This document shows, piece by piece, positions 11,807-20,156 of a stretch of 64,000 nucleotides of DNA. Made by a program: the position numbers and the translations under genes. How positions within the stretch are numbered: the stretch's first letter is position 1; each line of letters opens with the position of its first letter. Source of the stretch: Candidatus Latescibacterota bacterium. Lineage in GTDB: Bacteria > Latescibacterota > UBA2968 > UBA8231. The stretch is from the NCBI GenBank assembly GCA_965248355.1, contig OZ252098.1, forward strand, positions 384,001 through 448,000. Direction: 5' to 3'. The notes beneath the pieces were generated by a model that did not search any database, had not been told where the DNA came from, and worked only from the letters and a program-made list of their open reading frames with translations.

Positions 11807-13390
11807 TCAGGACAGGAAGCGGCTCAGCACGTTTGCCGTGATGCGGGAGACGACGTCGTCCACGAGGATCGATGACGGGTAGTTGATCGAGCCCACGGAG
11901 AACACCTCGCCGCCGCTCTCGGTGTCGAAGTGCACGATCTCACCGCCGCCGTCGTCGGGATTCATCCCCTTGGCCAGGACATGCACGTTGGCCGGCGAGC
12001 TCGGCGAGGTCTTGTCGGTCTCGTGTCCCGAGGCGCCGCCGGGGATCCTCATGTGCAGGCTGGTCCGGCCGAACCGGTCCCCATCGGACAGGCCCGTGCC
12101 GGCGAAGATCCAGTGGCCGGCATCGATGACGCGGTAGGGCGCCGCGGTCATGATCCCCGAGTCGGAGAAGACGACGCCGAGGAGGCTCGCCTCCGATTCG
12201 ACGTACAGGTGGAAGCGGCTCTCCGCCCCCCGGCGGGACAGCTCCCGCACGTTGCCGTTGAAGACCTTCATCGTTCCTTCGTCGAGCATCTCGATCTTGC
12301 AGTTGAGGCCGTTGCCGCCCAGGTACATCAGCTTGCCGCCGCGCTCGAAGACCCACGACTTCACCGCGTGGTACATCTCCTCCGACCAGTACTCGGGATG
12401 GGTGCTGATCACCAGGACTCGATAGTCGTCGAGCCGCAACTGCCCGGCGTGGAGCTGCGTCTCCGACCACAGGTCGTAGGCGAATCCCTGCCGCTCCATC
12501 CATCCGAGAAAGCGCCACTCGGCCTCGGCCAGGTGGCAGGCCGCGCGCCCCTCGATGGGATCGGTGAGCTGCACGTGGAGGGGGATGTGGTTGATCGGCT
12601 CGGGCCGGTCGAAGGAGAGGGAATCGTAGTCCTCGGTGTGGTGAGTGACGTGGTCGGGGTCCGTATAGCGATCGAGCTCGAGACGGGCGTTGACCGTCGG
12701 CGCGGGCGGGATCCGGTCGGGGTGGATGTAGTTGCTGCGCCCGCCGAAGTTGTTGTAGGCGTTCCAGGTGATGTTGCTCGCCAGGACCGCCGCCGGGGCG
12801 CCGGGGGCGGTTGGCGCCACGATCCACGGGAAGGAGAAGAACCGTCCGCTCTCGGTGGAGGCGTGGAAGTAGTAGAGCCCGGTGCGCTCCGGGGCGACCA
12901 CCTGCTGTGGATGCCGGGGGCCGGTGTAACCGTGGCGGTTCCACTGCACGCCGGTCTGCGTGTAGTCCCCGTCCGGGGTGATCTGCACCGTCGCTCGCGG
13001 ACCGTGCTCGTCGTACCAGCCGATGGTGCGCACGAACTCCTTCTCGCGGCCGTAGCGGAACAGCTCCAGCTTGTAGGCCTCGTGGCTGTGAACGCGGAAC
13101 TCGGCGCGTTCGCCGCCGCGCACCCACTTGGGCCAGGCGTAGCCCAACAGCCCGTCGACGAGCAGCCGGAAGTGGCAGGGGCGGCCCTCGACGAGGCTGA
13201 CTCTCTCGCGCTTGCTCCCGTAGCCCTGGCGGGCGAGGACGACTTCGTACGGACCTGGGGTCAGGTCCGCGTACACGGCGCCCGAGGCGCTCGATCGCGC
13301 CTCCACCACGTCTCCCGCAGGCCCGGTGAACTCGAGAAGGGTATCGGGCAGGGCCACGTAGCGCTCATCACTCACGTATCCGATCAGCAT
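11807..13390 (-). CDS. N,N-dimethylformamidase beta-subunit-like protein with N-terminal carboxypeptidase-regulatory-like domain
   Basis: TWNAYNNFGG, LSFDRP, HPEYWS, LMYLGGN, GASGHETDK, GEVFSVGSI. ATG 13390 follows GGAGAG and overlaps the end of queC. Confidence 0.7.
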   Translation of the reverse strand: MLIGYVSDERYVALPDTLLEFTGPAGDVVEARSSASGAVYADLTPGPYEVVLARQGYGSKRERVSLVEGRPCHFRLLVDGLLGYAWPKWVRGGERAEFRVHSHEAYKLELFRYGREKEFVRTIGWYDEHGPRATVQITPDGDYTQTGVQWNRHGYTGPRHPQQVVAPERTGLYYFHASTESGRFFSFPWIVAPTAPGAPAAVLASNITWNAYNNFGGRSNYIHPDRIPPAPTVNARLELDRYTDPDHVTHHTEDYDSLSFDRPEPINHIPLHVQLTDPIEGRAACHLAEAEWRFLGWMERQGFAYDLWSETQLHAGQLRLDDYRVLVISTHPEYWSEEMYHAVKSWVFERGGKLMYLGGNGLNCKIEMLDEGTMKVFNGNVRELSRRGAESRFHLYVESEASLLGVVFSDSGIMTAAPYRVIDAGHWIFAGTGLSDGDRFGRTSLHMRIPGGASGHETDKTSPSSPANVHVLAKGMNPDDGGGEIVHFDTESGGEVFSVGSINYPSSILVDDVVSRITANVLSRFLS

Positions 13391-14051
13391 GTTCTCTCCA
13401 GGGATCGGGAAGGCCCGCCGCGGCGAAGCCACGGGACCGGAGGCGGCAACTGTGGCAGTCACCGCAGGGGAAGTCGGAGCCAAGGTAGCAGGACCAGGTC
13501 AGGTGCAGGGGTGCTCCCAGCTCCACTCCGCGCCGGACGATGGCGGCCTTGTCGAGGTGGAGCAGGGGCGTGCGCACGCCGATCTCCACCGAGGCCGGGG
13601 TCGCCGCCTCGACGAGCCGGCCGAAGGCGCGGAAGAAGGCCGGTTGCGTATCCGGATAGGGCGATCCGGGAGCGTGGGCCCCGCAGAAGACCTCCGGGGC
13701 GCCGAGAACCTCGGCCCAGGCGACCGCCGCCGCCAGGAGACTGGCGTTGCGAAAGGGGACGTACGTCCCCGGCACCTCACCGCCGCCGGAGCCGTCCCCG
13801 GCGACCGGGAGAGTCCGGTCGGTCAGGCTTGAGCCGCCGAGGTCCCGCAGGTACCGGAGGTCGACCTCCCGCCGGCGCGAGAGGTTGTAGTGATCGGCGA
13901 TCTCCAGGAAGGCCCGCCGCTCCCGGCCCTCGGTTCGCTGGCCGTACCCGGCGTGCATCACCGCTACATCCTCTCCATGGCTTCGCAGGGCTTCCGCCAG
14001 GGCGACACAGCTGTCGAGACCCCCGCTCACGAGGGCGATGGCGGCGGTCAT
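13368..14051 (-). CDS. queC: 7-cyano-7-deazaguanine synthase
   Basis: SGGLDS PP-loop, YGQR, TYVPFRN, TWSCY...CGDCHSCRLR. Confidence 0.93.
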   Translation of the reverse strand: MTAAIALVSGGLDSCVALAEALRSHGEDVAVMHAGYGQRTEGRERRAFLEIADHYNLSRRREVDLRYLRDLGGSSLTDRTLPVAGDGSGGGEVPGTYVPFRNASLLAAAVAWAEVLGAPEVFCGAHAPGSPYPDTQPAFFRAFGRLVEAATPASVEIGVRTPLLHLDKAAIVRRGVELGAPLHLTWSCYLGSDFPCGDCHSCRLRSRGFAAAGLPDPWREHADRIRE

Positions 14052-14113
14052 TGCGAGTGCGGCGGCGGGAATGGAGGGAACCCGGGCAGGAGATGGGCCT
14101 CCCCAATATAAGA

Positions 14114-14141
14114 TTGACACCCCCGGGGGGGTGCATAGATT
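14114..14141 (+). promoter_or_regulatory. Putative sigma70 promoter for ispH and the BMC genes, probably leaderless
   Basis: TTGACA (14114-14119), 16-nt spacer, TAGATT (14136-14141). The ispH ATG follows 8 nt later with no Shine-Dalgarno. Confidence 0.6.
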
Positions 14142-14149
14142 CTCGCGCC

Positions 14150-15436
14150 ATGGCCTTCAAGCAGTTCGACCGGGTGCCCAATCACTACGCCGGCCCCGTC
14201 ATCCAGCGGATCAAGGACTTCCGGGAAAGCGAGGGCAAGCGCTCGCTGGCGCCGACGCGCCTGACCGTTGGCCAGCTCGAGGTGATCGTGCCCCGCCACT
14301 TCGGCTTCTGCTTCGGCGTGGAGCGCGCCATCCACATGGCCTTCTCCGCCATCGACAACCATCCCGACAAGCGGCTCAACCTCCTCAGCGAGATCATCCA
14401 CAACCCCCTGGTCAACGAGGACCTCGAGAACCGGGGGGTCCGATTCATCTACGACAGGAACGGCGAATACGACAGGAACGGCGAACGGCGCGTCGCGGAG
14501 GAGGAGATTTCTTCCGAAGACGTGGTCCTGATCCCCGCTTTCGGCACCACGCGGGAGATCGAGGACTCCCTGCAGCGCAGCGGCATCGACACCACGTCCG
14601 AGGATTTTCGCGAGAACTACGACACCACCTGTCCCTTCGTCTCCAAGGTCTGGAGTCGCGGCGAGGAGCTGGCCCGCGAAGGCTACACCATTCTCATCCA
14701 CGGCAAGTTCCGGCACGAGGAGACCCAGGCCACGCGCTCCCACACCCAGCAGTACGGCAAGACCCTGGTCGTCCTCGACCGGGAGGAAGCGCTGAAGGTG
14801 GCCCGCTTCATCGCCGGCCAGATGAGCGTCGACGAGTTCCGCGAGGGCTTCGAGGGCAAGTGGTCGGAAGGCTTCGACCCGGACCGGGACCTGGCCCGGG
14901 TGGCCGTCGTCAACCAGACGACGATGCTCGCCGAGGAGACCCAGGAGGTGACCGGCATCATCCGCGACGCCATCGCCGAGCGCTACGGCTTCGAGGTCCT
15001 CGACCACCACTTCGCCGATACCGCCGACACTCTGTGCTACGCCACCAACTGGAACCAGAACGCCACCAAGGCGCTCCTCGACGTCCAGCCGGACCTGGCC
15101 GTCATCGTCGGCGGCTACAACAGCTCCAACACCTCCCACCTGGTGGAAATCTGCGAACGCGTGATGCCGAGCTACCTGATCGGTTCGGCCGCCGACCTGC
15201 TGTCCCGGGAGCGCATCCGTCACTTCGACATCCACCGCAAGGAGATCGTCGAGACCCGGAGGTGGCTCCCGGAGGAATTGCCCGTGCGACTGGCCGTCAC
15301 CTCCGGCGCCAGCTGCCCGGACGTGCTGATGAACGACGTGGTGCAGCGCCTCTCCGCCTTCTACGGATACGGCGGCGACGACATCCAGGCCGGGCTCACG
15401 AATCTGGCTCTGCACGAGCCCGCGGTTCTGACCTGA
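14150..15436 (+). CDS. ispH: 4-hydroxy-3-methylbut-2-enyl diphosphate reductase
   Basis: FGFCFGVERA, EIIHNP, AFG, DTTCPFV, HEET, NQTTM, TLCYAT, GGYNSSNT, TSGASCP. Confidence 0.95.
   Translation: MAFKQFDRVPNHYAGPVIQRIKDFRESEGKRSLAPTRLTVGQLEVIVPRHFGFCFGVERAIHMAFSAIDNHPDKRLNLLSEIIHNPLVNEDLENRGVRFIYDRNGEYDRNGERRVAEEEISSEDVVLIPAFGTTREIEDSLQRSGIDTTSEDFRENYDTTCPFVSKVWSRGEELAREGYTILIHGKFRHEETQATRSHTQQYGKTLVVLDREEALKVARFIAGQMSVDEFREGFEGKWSEGFDPDRDLARVAVVNQTTMLAEETQEVTGIIRDAIAERYGFEVLDHHFADTADTLCYATNWNQNATKALLDVQPDLAVIVGGYNSSNTSHLVEICERVMPSYLIGSAADLLSRERIRHFDIHRKEIVETRRWLPEELPVRLAVTSGASCPDVLMNDVVQRLSAFYGYGGDDIQAGLTNLALHEPAVLT
14450..14485 (+). repeat. Perfect 18-bp tandem duplication inside ispH
   Basis: TACGACAGGAACGGCGAA twice, encoding YDRNGE YDRNGE. 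Confidence 0.9.
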
Positions 15437-15441
15437 CAGAG

Positions 15442-15744
15442 ATGGTCCTGGCGCGGGTCAAGGGGCAGGCGGTGGCCTCGGCCAAGGTCGCCGATCTCGA
15501 GGGCCGGAGACTGCTGCTCGTGGAGTTGCTCACCGTCGACGGCGACGAGGTCGTCCCCACCCGCAGGCACATGGTCTGCGTCGACTCCGTGGGCGCCGGC
15601 CAGGGCGAGGTCGTCCTTCTCGTGCAGGGCAGCTCGGCCCGTCAGAGTCCGGGGATGGGGGACCTTCCCGTGGACGCCGTTCTGGTGGGCATCGTCCAGT
15701 CGGTCAGCGCCCGGGGTCATCGACTCGTACAGGCCGCCGCATGA
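15442..15744 (+). CDS. BMC vertex protein (BMC-P, EutN/CcmL family) 1
   Basis: MVLARVKGQAVASAK...VCVDSVGAGQGEVVLLVQGSSAR...PVDAVLVGIV. Confidence 0.92.
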   Translation: MVLARVKGQAVASAKVADLEGRRLLLVELLTVDGDEVVPTRRHMVCVDSVGAGQGEVVLLVQGSSARQSPGMGDLPVDAVLVGIVQSVSARGHRLVQAAA

Positions 15745-15998
15745 GAATGGCACGGGTCATCGGCAACGTCGTCGCCGGCGAACACCATCCCGCCCTCGAT
15801 CACCGCACGATCCTGGTCGTCGACGATGGCGGGGGCACCGCCCTGCAGCTGGCGGTCGACGCCGTGGGCGCGGGCCCTGGCTGCCGGGTCCTGGTCGCGG
15901 ATTCGGGCGCCGCCGGCCGCGAGGTCACGGGTCTCGAGTTCCCGCCCGTGCGCAGCGTCGTCGTGGGTATCGTCGACGGCCCCGGCGAGGCGCCGTGA
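15741..15998 (+). CDS. BMC vertex protein (BMC-P, EutN/CcmL family) 2
   Basis: MRMARVIGNVVA...LAVDAVGAGPG..VLV..SG.A.R...PVRSVVVGIVD. Confidence 0.9.
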   Translation: MRMARVIGNVVAGEHHPALDHRTILVVDDGGGTALQLAVDAVGAGPGCRVLVADSGAAGREVTGLEFPPVRSVVVGIVDGPGEAP

Positions 15999-16267
15999 AG
16001 CTGGCCCGCGTTCTCGGTCAGGTCGTTCTGTCGCCGAAGATCGAGCCGTACCGGGACAGGAGCCTGCACCTGATTCAGGACGTGAACCGCGAGCTGCAGG
16101 GCGTGGGCGATCCCGAGGTGGCCGTCACCTGGCAGGCCATGGCCGAGGGAGACCTGGTCGTCGTCGAGGTCGCCCGGGAGGCGTGCAACGCCTTCGACAA
16201 CACGATCCCGGCCGACGCCGTCATCATCGGCCGCGCCGACCGGGTTCACATCGATACCGCTTCCTGA
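15995..16267 (+). CDS. BMC vertex protein (BMC-P, EutN/CcmL family) 3, divergent
   Basis: MKLARVLGQVVLSPK...GDLVVVEVAREA...PADAVIIGRAD; lacks the usual DxxGAG motif. Confidence 0.85.
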   Translation: MKLARVLGQVVLSPKIEPYRDRSLHLIQDVNRELQGVGDPEVAVTWQAMAEGDLVVVEVAREACNAFDNTIPADAVIIGRADRVHIDTAS

Positions 16268-16285
16268 GGGGCAGGCAGGAGAGAT

Positions 16286-16843
16286 ATGACAGAGGCTCTG
16301 GGCATGTTGGAGACGGTGGGGCTCACGGGCGCGATCGCCGGCGGAGATGCGATTTCGAAGGCGGCGAAGGTGGAGCTCCTGGGCTGGGACCGGGTGGGCT
16401 CGGGGATGGCGACCGTGTTCTGCGGCGGCGACGTGGCGGCGGTGAAGTCGGCGGTCGACGCCGGTGCGCAGGCGGCGTCGAAGGTGGGAGAGGTGCGCGC
16501 CGTGCACGTGATTCCGCGGCCCCATGCCGACCTGGGGCCGATCCTGCCTTCGAACGGGGGGGGGGAGGTGAGCGGGGTCCGCGCCCTGGGGATGGTGGAG
16601 ACCCGCGGCTCGACGGGGGTCATCGAGGCCGCGGACGCCATGGAGAAGGCGGCGGAGGTGGAGGTGGTCCGCGTCCAGGAGATCGGGGGCGGCTACATCA
16701 CGGTGCTGGTCACCGGGGACGTGGGCAGCGTGCAGTCGGCGGTCACGGCGGGAGCGGAGGCGGCGGAGCGCGTGGGCGAACTGCTCGCACGCCACGTCAT
16801 CGCCCGTCCGTCGGAGGCCGTGCTCTCATTGTATCTGGGATGA
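16286..16843 (+). CDS. BMC shell protein with two tandem Pfam00936-type domains
   Basis: Two ALGM(L/V)ET.G...D.xxKAA.V...GDV..V.SAV.AG...HVI(P/A)RP units. Confidence 0.92.
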   Translation: MTEALGMLETVGLTGAIAGGDAISKAAKVELLGWDRVGSGMATVFCGGDVAAVKSAVDAGAQAASKVGEVRAVHVIPRPHADLGPILPSNGGGEVSGVRALGMVETRGSTGVIEAADAMEKAAEVEVVRVQEIGGGYITVLVTGDVGSVQSAVTAGAEAAERVGELLARHVIARPSEAVLSLYLG

Positions 16844-16856
16844 AAGGGAGAAGGTC

Positions 16857-17123
16857 ATGAGTGCCTTGGGCATGGTGGAGACGCGGGGTCTGGCGGCGGC
16901 TGTGGAGGCCCTGGACGCGATGCTGAAGACGGCGGACGTGAGGTACACGGGCCAGAAGCGTGTGGGCGGGGGCCTGGTGTCGGTCCTGGTGGAGGGGGAC
17001 GTGGCCTCGGTGAAGTCGGCGGTCGACGCCGGCGCCCAGGCGGCCCAGGGCGTGGGGGAGCTGCGCAGCGTGCACGTGATCCCCCGGCCGATCGACAAGC
17101 TCAAGAGCGCCGCCGGCATCTGA
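16857..17123 (+). CDS. BMC-H hexamer shell protein (PduA/EutM-like)
   Basis: [26 protein letters not shown]...[23 protein letters not shown]...HVIPRP. Confidence 0.96.
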   Translation: MSALGMVETRGLAAAVEALDAMLKTADVRYTGQKRVGGGLVSVLVEGDVASVKSAVDAGAQAAQGVGELRSVHVIPRPIDKLKSAAGI

Positions 17124-17133
17124 CGGGACCGTC

Positions 17134-18558
17134 GTGGCCAAGGTGAGCGAAGACGGGGTCCGCCGCATCGTCGAGGAGGTTGTGGAGCAGGCCCTCGGTT
17201 CAGGGGCCGGATCCGGGGCCCCGGCTGCGGGCGGGTCCGGGGCGGGTCTGTTCCGTTCCGCCGACGAGGCCGTGGCCGCAGCCGGCCGGGCGCAGAGGTC
17301 CCTCGTCGAGCAGAGCCTGGAGCTGAGGCGCAAGATCGTCGAGGCGATCCGGCAGACGACCCGCGACCACGCCGAGACGTTCTCGCGCATGGCCCTCGAA
17401 GAGACGGGCATGGGCCGCTTCGAGGACAAGGTGCAGAAGCACCATCTGGCGGCCGATCTGACCCCCGGCGTCGAGGACCTCGAGTCGGTCTCGTGGACCG
17501 GGGACCACGGCCTGACCGTGGAGGAGATGGCGCCGTATGGCGTCATCTGCGCCGTCACGCCCTCCACCCACCCCGTACCGACCCTGGTGAACAACGCCAT
17601 CGGCATCATCGCCGCGGGCAACTCCGTCGTCTTCAATCCTCACCCCGGCGCCAAGGGAGTCTCCGCCCACTCGGTGCAGCTGCTGAACGACGCCATCGTC
17701 GCCGCCGGCGGGCCCGGGAACCTGATCGCCTGCATCGCCGAGCCGACGATCGAGAGCGCCGGCCAACTGTTCAACCACCGGGGGGTCGGGGTCATACTCG
17801 TCACGGGGGGGGCCGCAGTGGCCCGGGCGGCCCTCGCAAGTCCGAAGAAGTCCATCGTCGCCGGACCGGGGAATCCCCCGGTCGTCGTCGACGAGACCGC
17901 GGACCTCCGCAAGGCCGCGCGGGACATCGTCGACGGGGCCGCCTTCGACAACAACATCCTGTGCATCGGCGAGAAGCAGTGCTTCGTGGTCGACGCCGTG
18001 GCCGACGACCTCAAGGCGGAGATGGTCGCCTACAGCGCGGTCGAGCTCGACCCGGGTCAGGTCGACGCCCTGACCCGCGCGGTCCTGCCCCGGGGCGGGG
18101 ACGGCGAGCATCACCCGAGCCGCGACTTCATCGGCCGCAACGCCAACGTCCTGGGCCGGAGCATCGGCCTGGACCTCGACGACCGGCTGCGGCTGCTGAT
18201 CGGCGAGACCGGCGCCGACCATCCCTTCGTCACGGTGGAGCAGATGATGACCTTCCTGCCCATCGTCCGGGTGCGCGACGTGAGCGAGGGCATCCGCGCC
18301 GCCGTCGAGTCGGAGCACGGCTTCCGCCACACGGCGGTCATCCATTCCCGGAACGTGGAGAACATGCACAACATGGCGCGCGCCGTGGACACCACCGTGT
18401 TCGTCAAGAACGGACCTTCCTACGCCGGTCTCGGCGTCGGCGGCGAAGGGTTCTCCACGTACTCCATCGCCGGCCCCACCGGCGAAGGGCTGACCACGGC
18501 CCGCACTTTTACCCGCCGGCGTCGCTGCGCCCTGGTGGACTACTTCCGCATCACCTGA
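17134..18558 (+). CDS. CoA-acylating aldehyde dehydrogenase (EutE/PduP-type) with N-terminal encapsulation peptide
   Basis: EETGMG, PYGVI..VTPSTHP, VTGG, AGPGNPP, FDNNILCIGEK (catalytic Cys), EHGFRHTA, GPTGEG. The N-terminal helix SEDGVRRIVEEVVEQAL is followed by a Gly/Ala linker. Confidence 0.93.
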   Translation: MAKVSEDGVRRIVEEVVEQALGSGAGSGAPAAGGSGAGLFRSADEAVAAAGRAQRSLVEQSLELRRKIVEAIRQTTRDHAETFSRMALEETGMGRFEDKVQKHHLAADLTPGVEDLESVSWTGDHGLTVEEMAPYGVICAVTPSTHPVPTLVNNAIGIIAAGNSVVFNPHPGAKGVSAHSVQLLNDAIVAAGGPGNLIACIAEPTIESAGQLFNHRGVGVILVTGGAAVARAALASPKKSIVAGPGNPPVVVDETADLRKAARDIVDGAAFDNNILCIGEKQCFVVDAVADDLKAEMVAYSAVELDPGQVDALTRAVLPRGGDGEHHPSRDFIGRNANVLGRSIGLDLDDRLRLLIGETGADHPFVTVEQMMTFLPIVRVRDVSEGIRAAVESEHGFRHTAVIHSRNVENMHNMARAVDTTVFVKNGPSYAGLGVGGEGFSTYSIAGPTGEGLTTARTFTRRRRCALVDYFRIT

Positions 18559-18561
18559 CCC

Positions 18562-18879
18562 ATGCTCCTCGCCCAGGTGAAGGGTCAAGTCGTGGCCAGC
18601 GCCAAGCTCGACAACCTGTCGGGCCGCAAGCTGCTGCTCGCCGAGGTCCTCACCGTTCGTCCCGACGGGCTGCACGCCACCGGCCGTGAGGTGGTCTGCG
18701 TCGACGCCGTGAGCGCCGGCAGGGGCGACATCGTCCTCGTCGTCATGGGCAGCTCGGCGCGCACGGCCCCGGAGCTGGGCACGGTCCCCACCGACGCCGC
18801 CATCGTCGCCATCCTCGAGGGTCTGACCGCCGACGGCCGGAGGCTCGATCTGGGTCGCGTCGTCGAAGGGGCCGGGTGA
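18562..18879 (+). CDS. BMC vertex protein (BMC-P, EutN/CcmL family) 4
   Basis: MLLAQVKGQVVASAK...VCVDAVSAGRGDIVLVVMGSSAR...TDAAIVAIL; close paralog of 15442-15744. Confidence 0.92.
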   Translation: MLLAQVKGQVVASAKLDNLSGRKLLLAEVLTVRPDGLHATGREVVCVDAVSAGRGDIVLVVMGSSARTAPELGTVPTDAAIVAILEGLTADGRRLDLGRVVEGAG

Positions 18880-19586
18880 AGGGCGAAGTGGTCGCCGCCG
18901 TCGACAGGGCCCGGGTGGAGGCGCTGGTCCGCCAGGCCCTGAAGCACCGACTCCCGAATCACCCGGTGGACGCCAGGCCTTCGAGTCCGGCGCCCCGCCT
19001 GGTCGCCAACATCTCGGCCAGGCACTGTCACCTCGACGCGGGATCCCTGGAGACGCTCTTCGGCAAGGGCGCGGAGCTGAAGGTGCTCAAACCTCTCTAC
19101 CAGGCCGGCGCCTTCGCCGCCGAAGAGACGGTGACCATCTTCGGACCGCGCAAGCAGATGATCTCCAACCTGCGCGTCCTCGGACCGCTGCGCGAGGCCT
19201 GCCAGGTGGAGCTCGCCTTCTCCGACGCGCGCTTTCTCGGCATCGACGCCCCGGTGCGGCTCAGCGGACACATCGACGGTTCCCCCGGATGCTACCTGGT
19301 GGGGCCCGCCGGCGGCCAGGAGATGGGCCAGGGCGTGATCCGCGCGGCCCGCCACGTGCACATGAACCCCGAGGAGGCGGCGTTCTACGGCGTCGCCGGC
19401 GGCGACCGAATGCGCCTGGTCGTCCGCAGCGATCAGCCGGGAGCCCTCGAGGACGTGATCGTGCGAGTCGATGCCGGCTCGAAGCTCGAGGTCCACGTCG
19501 ATACCGACGAGGGTAACGCCGTGGATCTCGTCAGCGCCGCAAAGGTCGTTCTCGAGAAGCAACAGCCGGGCGAGGGCAGGCCATGA
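18876..19586 (+). CDS. pduL: PduL-type phosphate acyltransferase with N-terminal encapsulation peptide
   Basis: SARHCHL, LYQAGAFAA.E.V, RVLGPLR..QVE, RHVHM, HVDTDEGNA. N-terminal helix VDRARVEALVRQALKHRL. Confidence 0.92.
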   Translation: MKGEVVAAVDRARVEALVRQALKHRLPNHPVDARPSSPAPRLVANISARHCHLDAGSLETLFGKGAELKVLKPLYQAGAFAAEETVTIFGPRKQMISNLRVLGPLREACQVELAFSDARFLGIDAPVRLSGHIDGSPGCYLVGPAGGQEMGQGVIRAARHVHMNPEEAAFYGVAGGDRMRLVVRSDQPGALEDVIVRVDAGSKLEVHVDTDEGNAVDLVSAAKVVLEKQQPGEGRP

Positions 19587-19668
19587 GCGCCTTGGGCATG
19601 GTGGAGACGCGGGGCCTGGCGGCCGCGGTAGAGGCGACGTGGCCTCGGTGAAGTCGGCGGGCATCTGA
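19583..19668 (+). pseudogene. Internally deleted remnant of a second BMC-H gene
   Basis: These 86 nt match the start ([17 protein letters not shown]), middle (GDVASVKSA) and end (GI-stop plus downstream CGGG) of 16857-17123, with two deletions and a frameshift. Confidence 0.85.
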
Positions 19669-19671
19669 CGG

Positions 19672-20151
19672 GTGACGGGCCGACTGCACATCTCCGAGGC
19701 CGTTGTCACCGAGGAGGTCCTGCGCGCCCGTCACGCCGGACAGGAGGAGGTATCGGTGAACGCCGGGGCGGTGGTGACGCCCACCGGGTGGGACTACCTG
19801 CGGCGCCACCGGATGCGGCTGACCCGGGGCCAGGCGGCAGAGCCGGGCGGTTCCCAGCCGGCGTCCGGCGAGGTCCCGGAGGTGCTGCCGCCGGGCGCCG
19901 AGGGCGGGCTGCTGAGCCGCGGACGCTGCGACCACCCCGACCGCCCGTACGGCTGCAAGACCGAGGAATTCGGCTCCGGATTCGTGGAGCCTTCCTCCTG
20001 CTCCCGGTGCGCGGTGTACCAGGCGGAGCTGGCGGGCCGGCCGAGTTGCGGCTGTGGCGGCTGCAACCGCCGGGTCGCGGCCGAGGAGGAGGAGGAGGCC
20101 CTGGTGCAGCGTCTCACCGACGAGATCATGCGCAGGCTGAAGGAGGAGTGA
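19672..20151 (+). CDS. BMC-associated hypothetical protein: small N-terminal domain, 7-Cys region, C-terminal encapsulation peptide
   Basis: VVTEEVL...AVVTPTGWDYLR; C-x8-C...CxxC...CGCGGC; C-terminus EEALVQRLTDEIMRRLKEE. Confidence 0.75.
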   Translation: MTGRLHISEAVVTEEVLRARHAGQEEVSVNAGAVVTPTGWDYLRRHRMRLTRGQAAEPGGSQPASGEVPEVLPPGAEGGLLSRGRCDHPDRPYGCKTEEFGSGFVEPSSCSRCAVYQAELAGRPSCGCGGCNRRVAAEEEEEALVQRLTDEIMRRLKEE

Positions 20152-20156
20152 GGGGC

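Noticed and set aside
11930-14149. Apparent 740-aa N-terminal extension of IspH
   Set aside because: It is antisense to queC and the DMFase-like gene. A promoter and ATG at 14150 define the real start.
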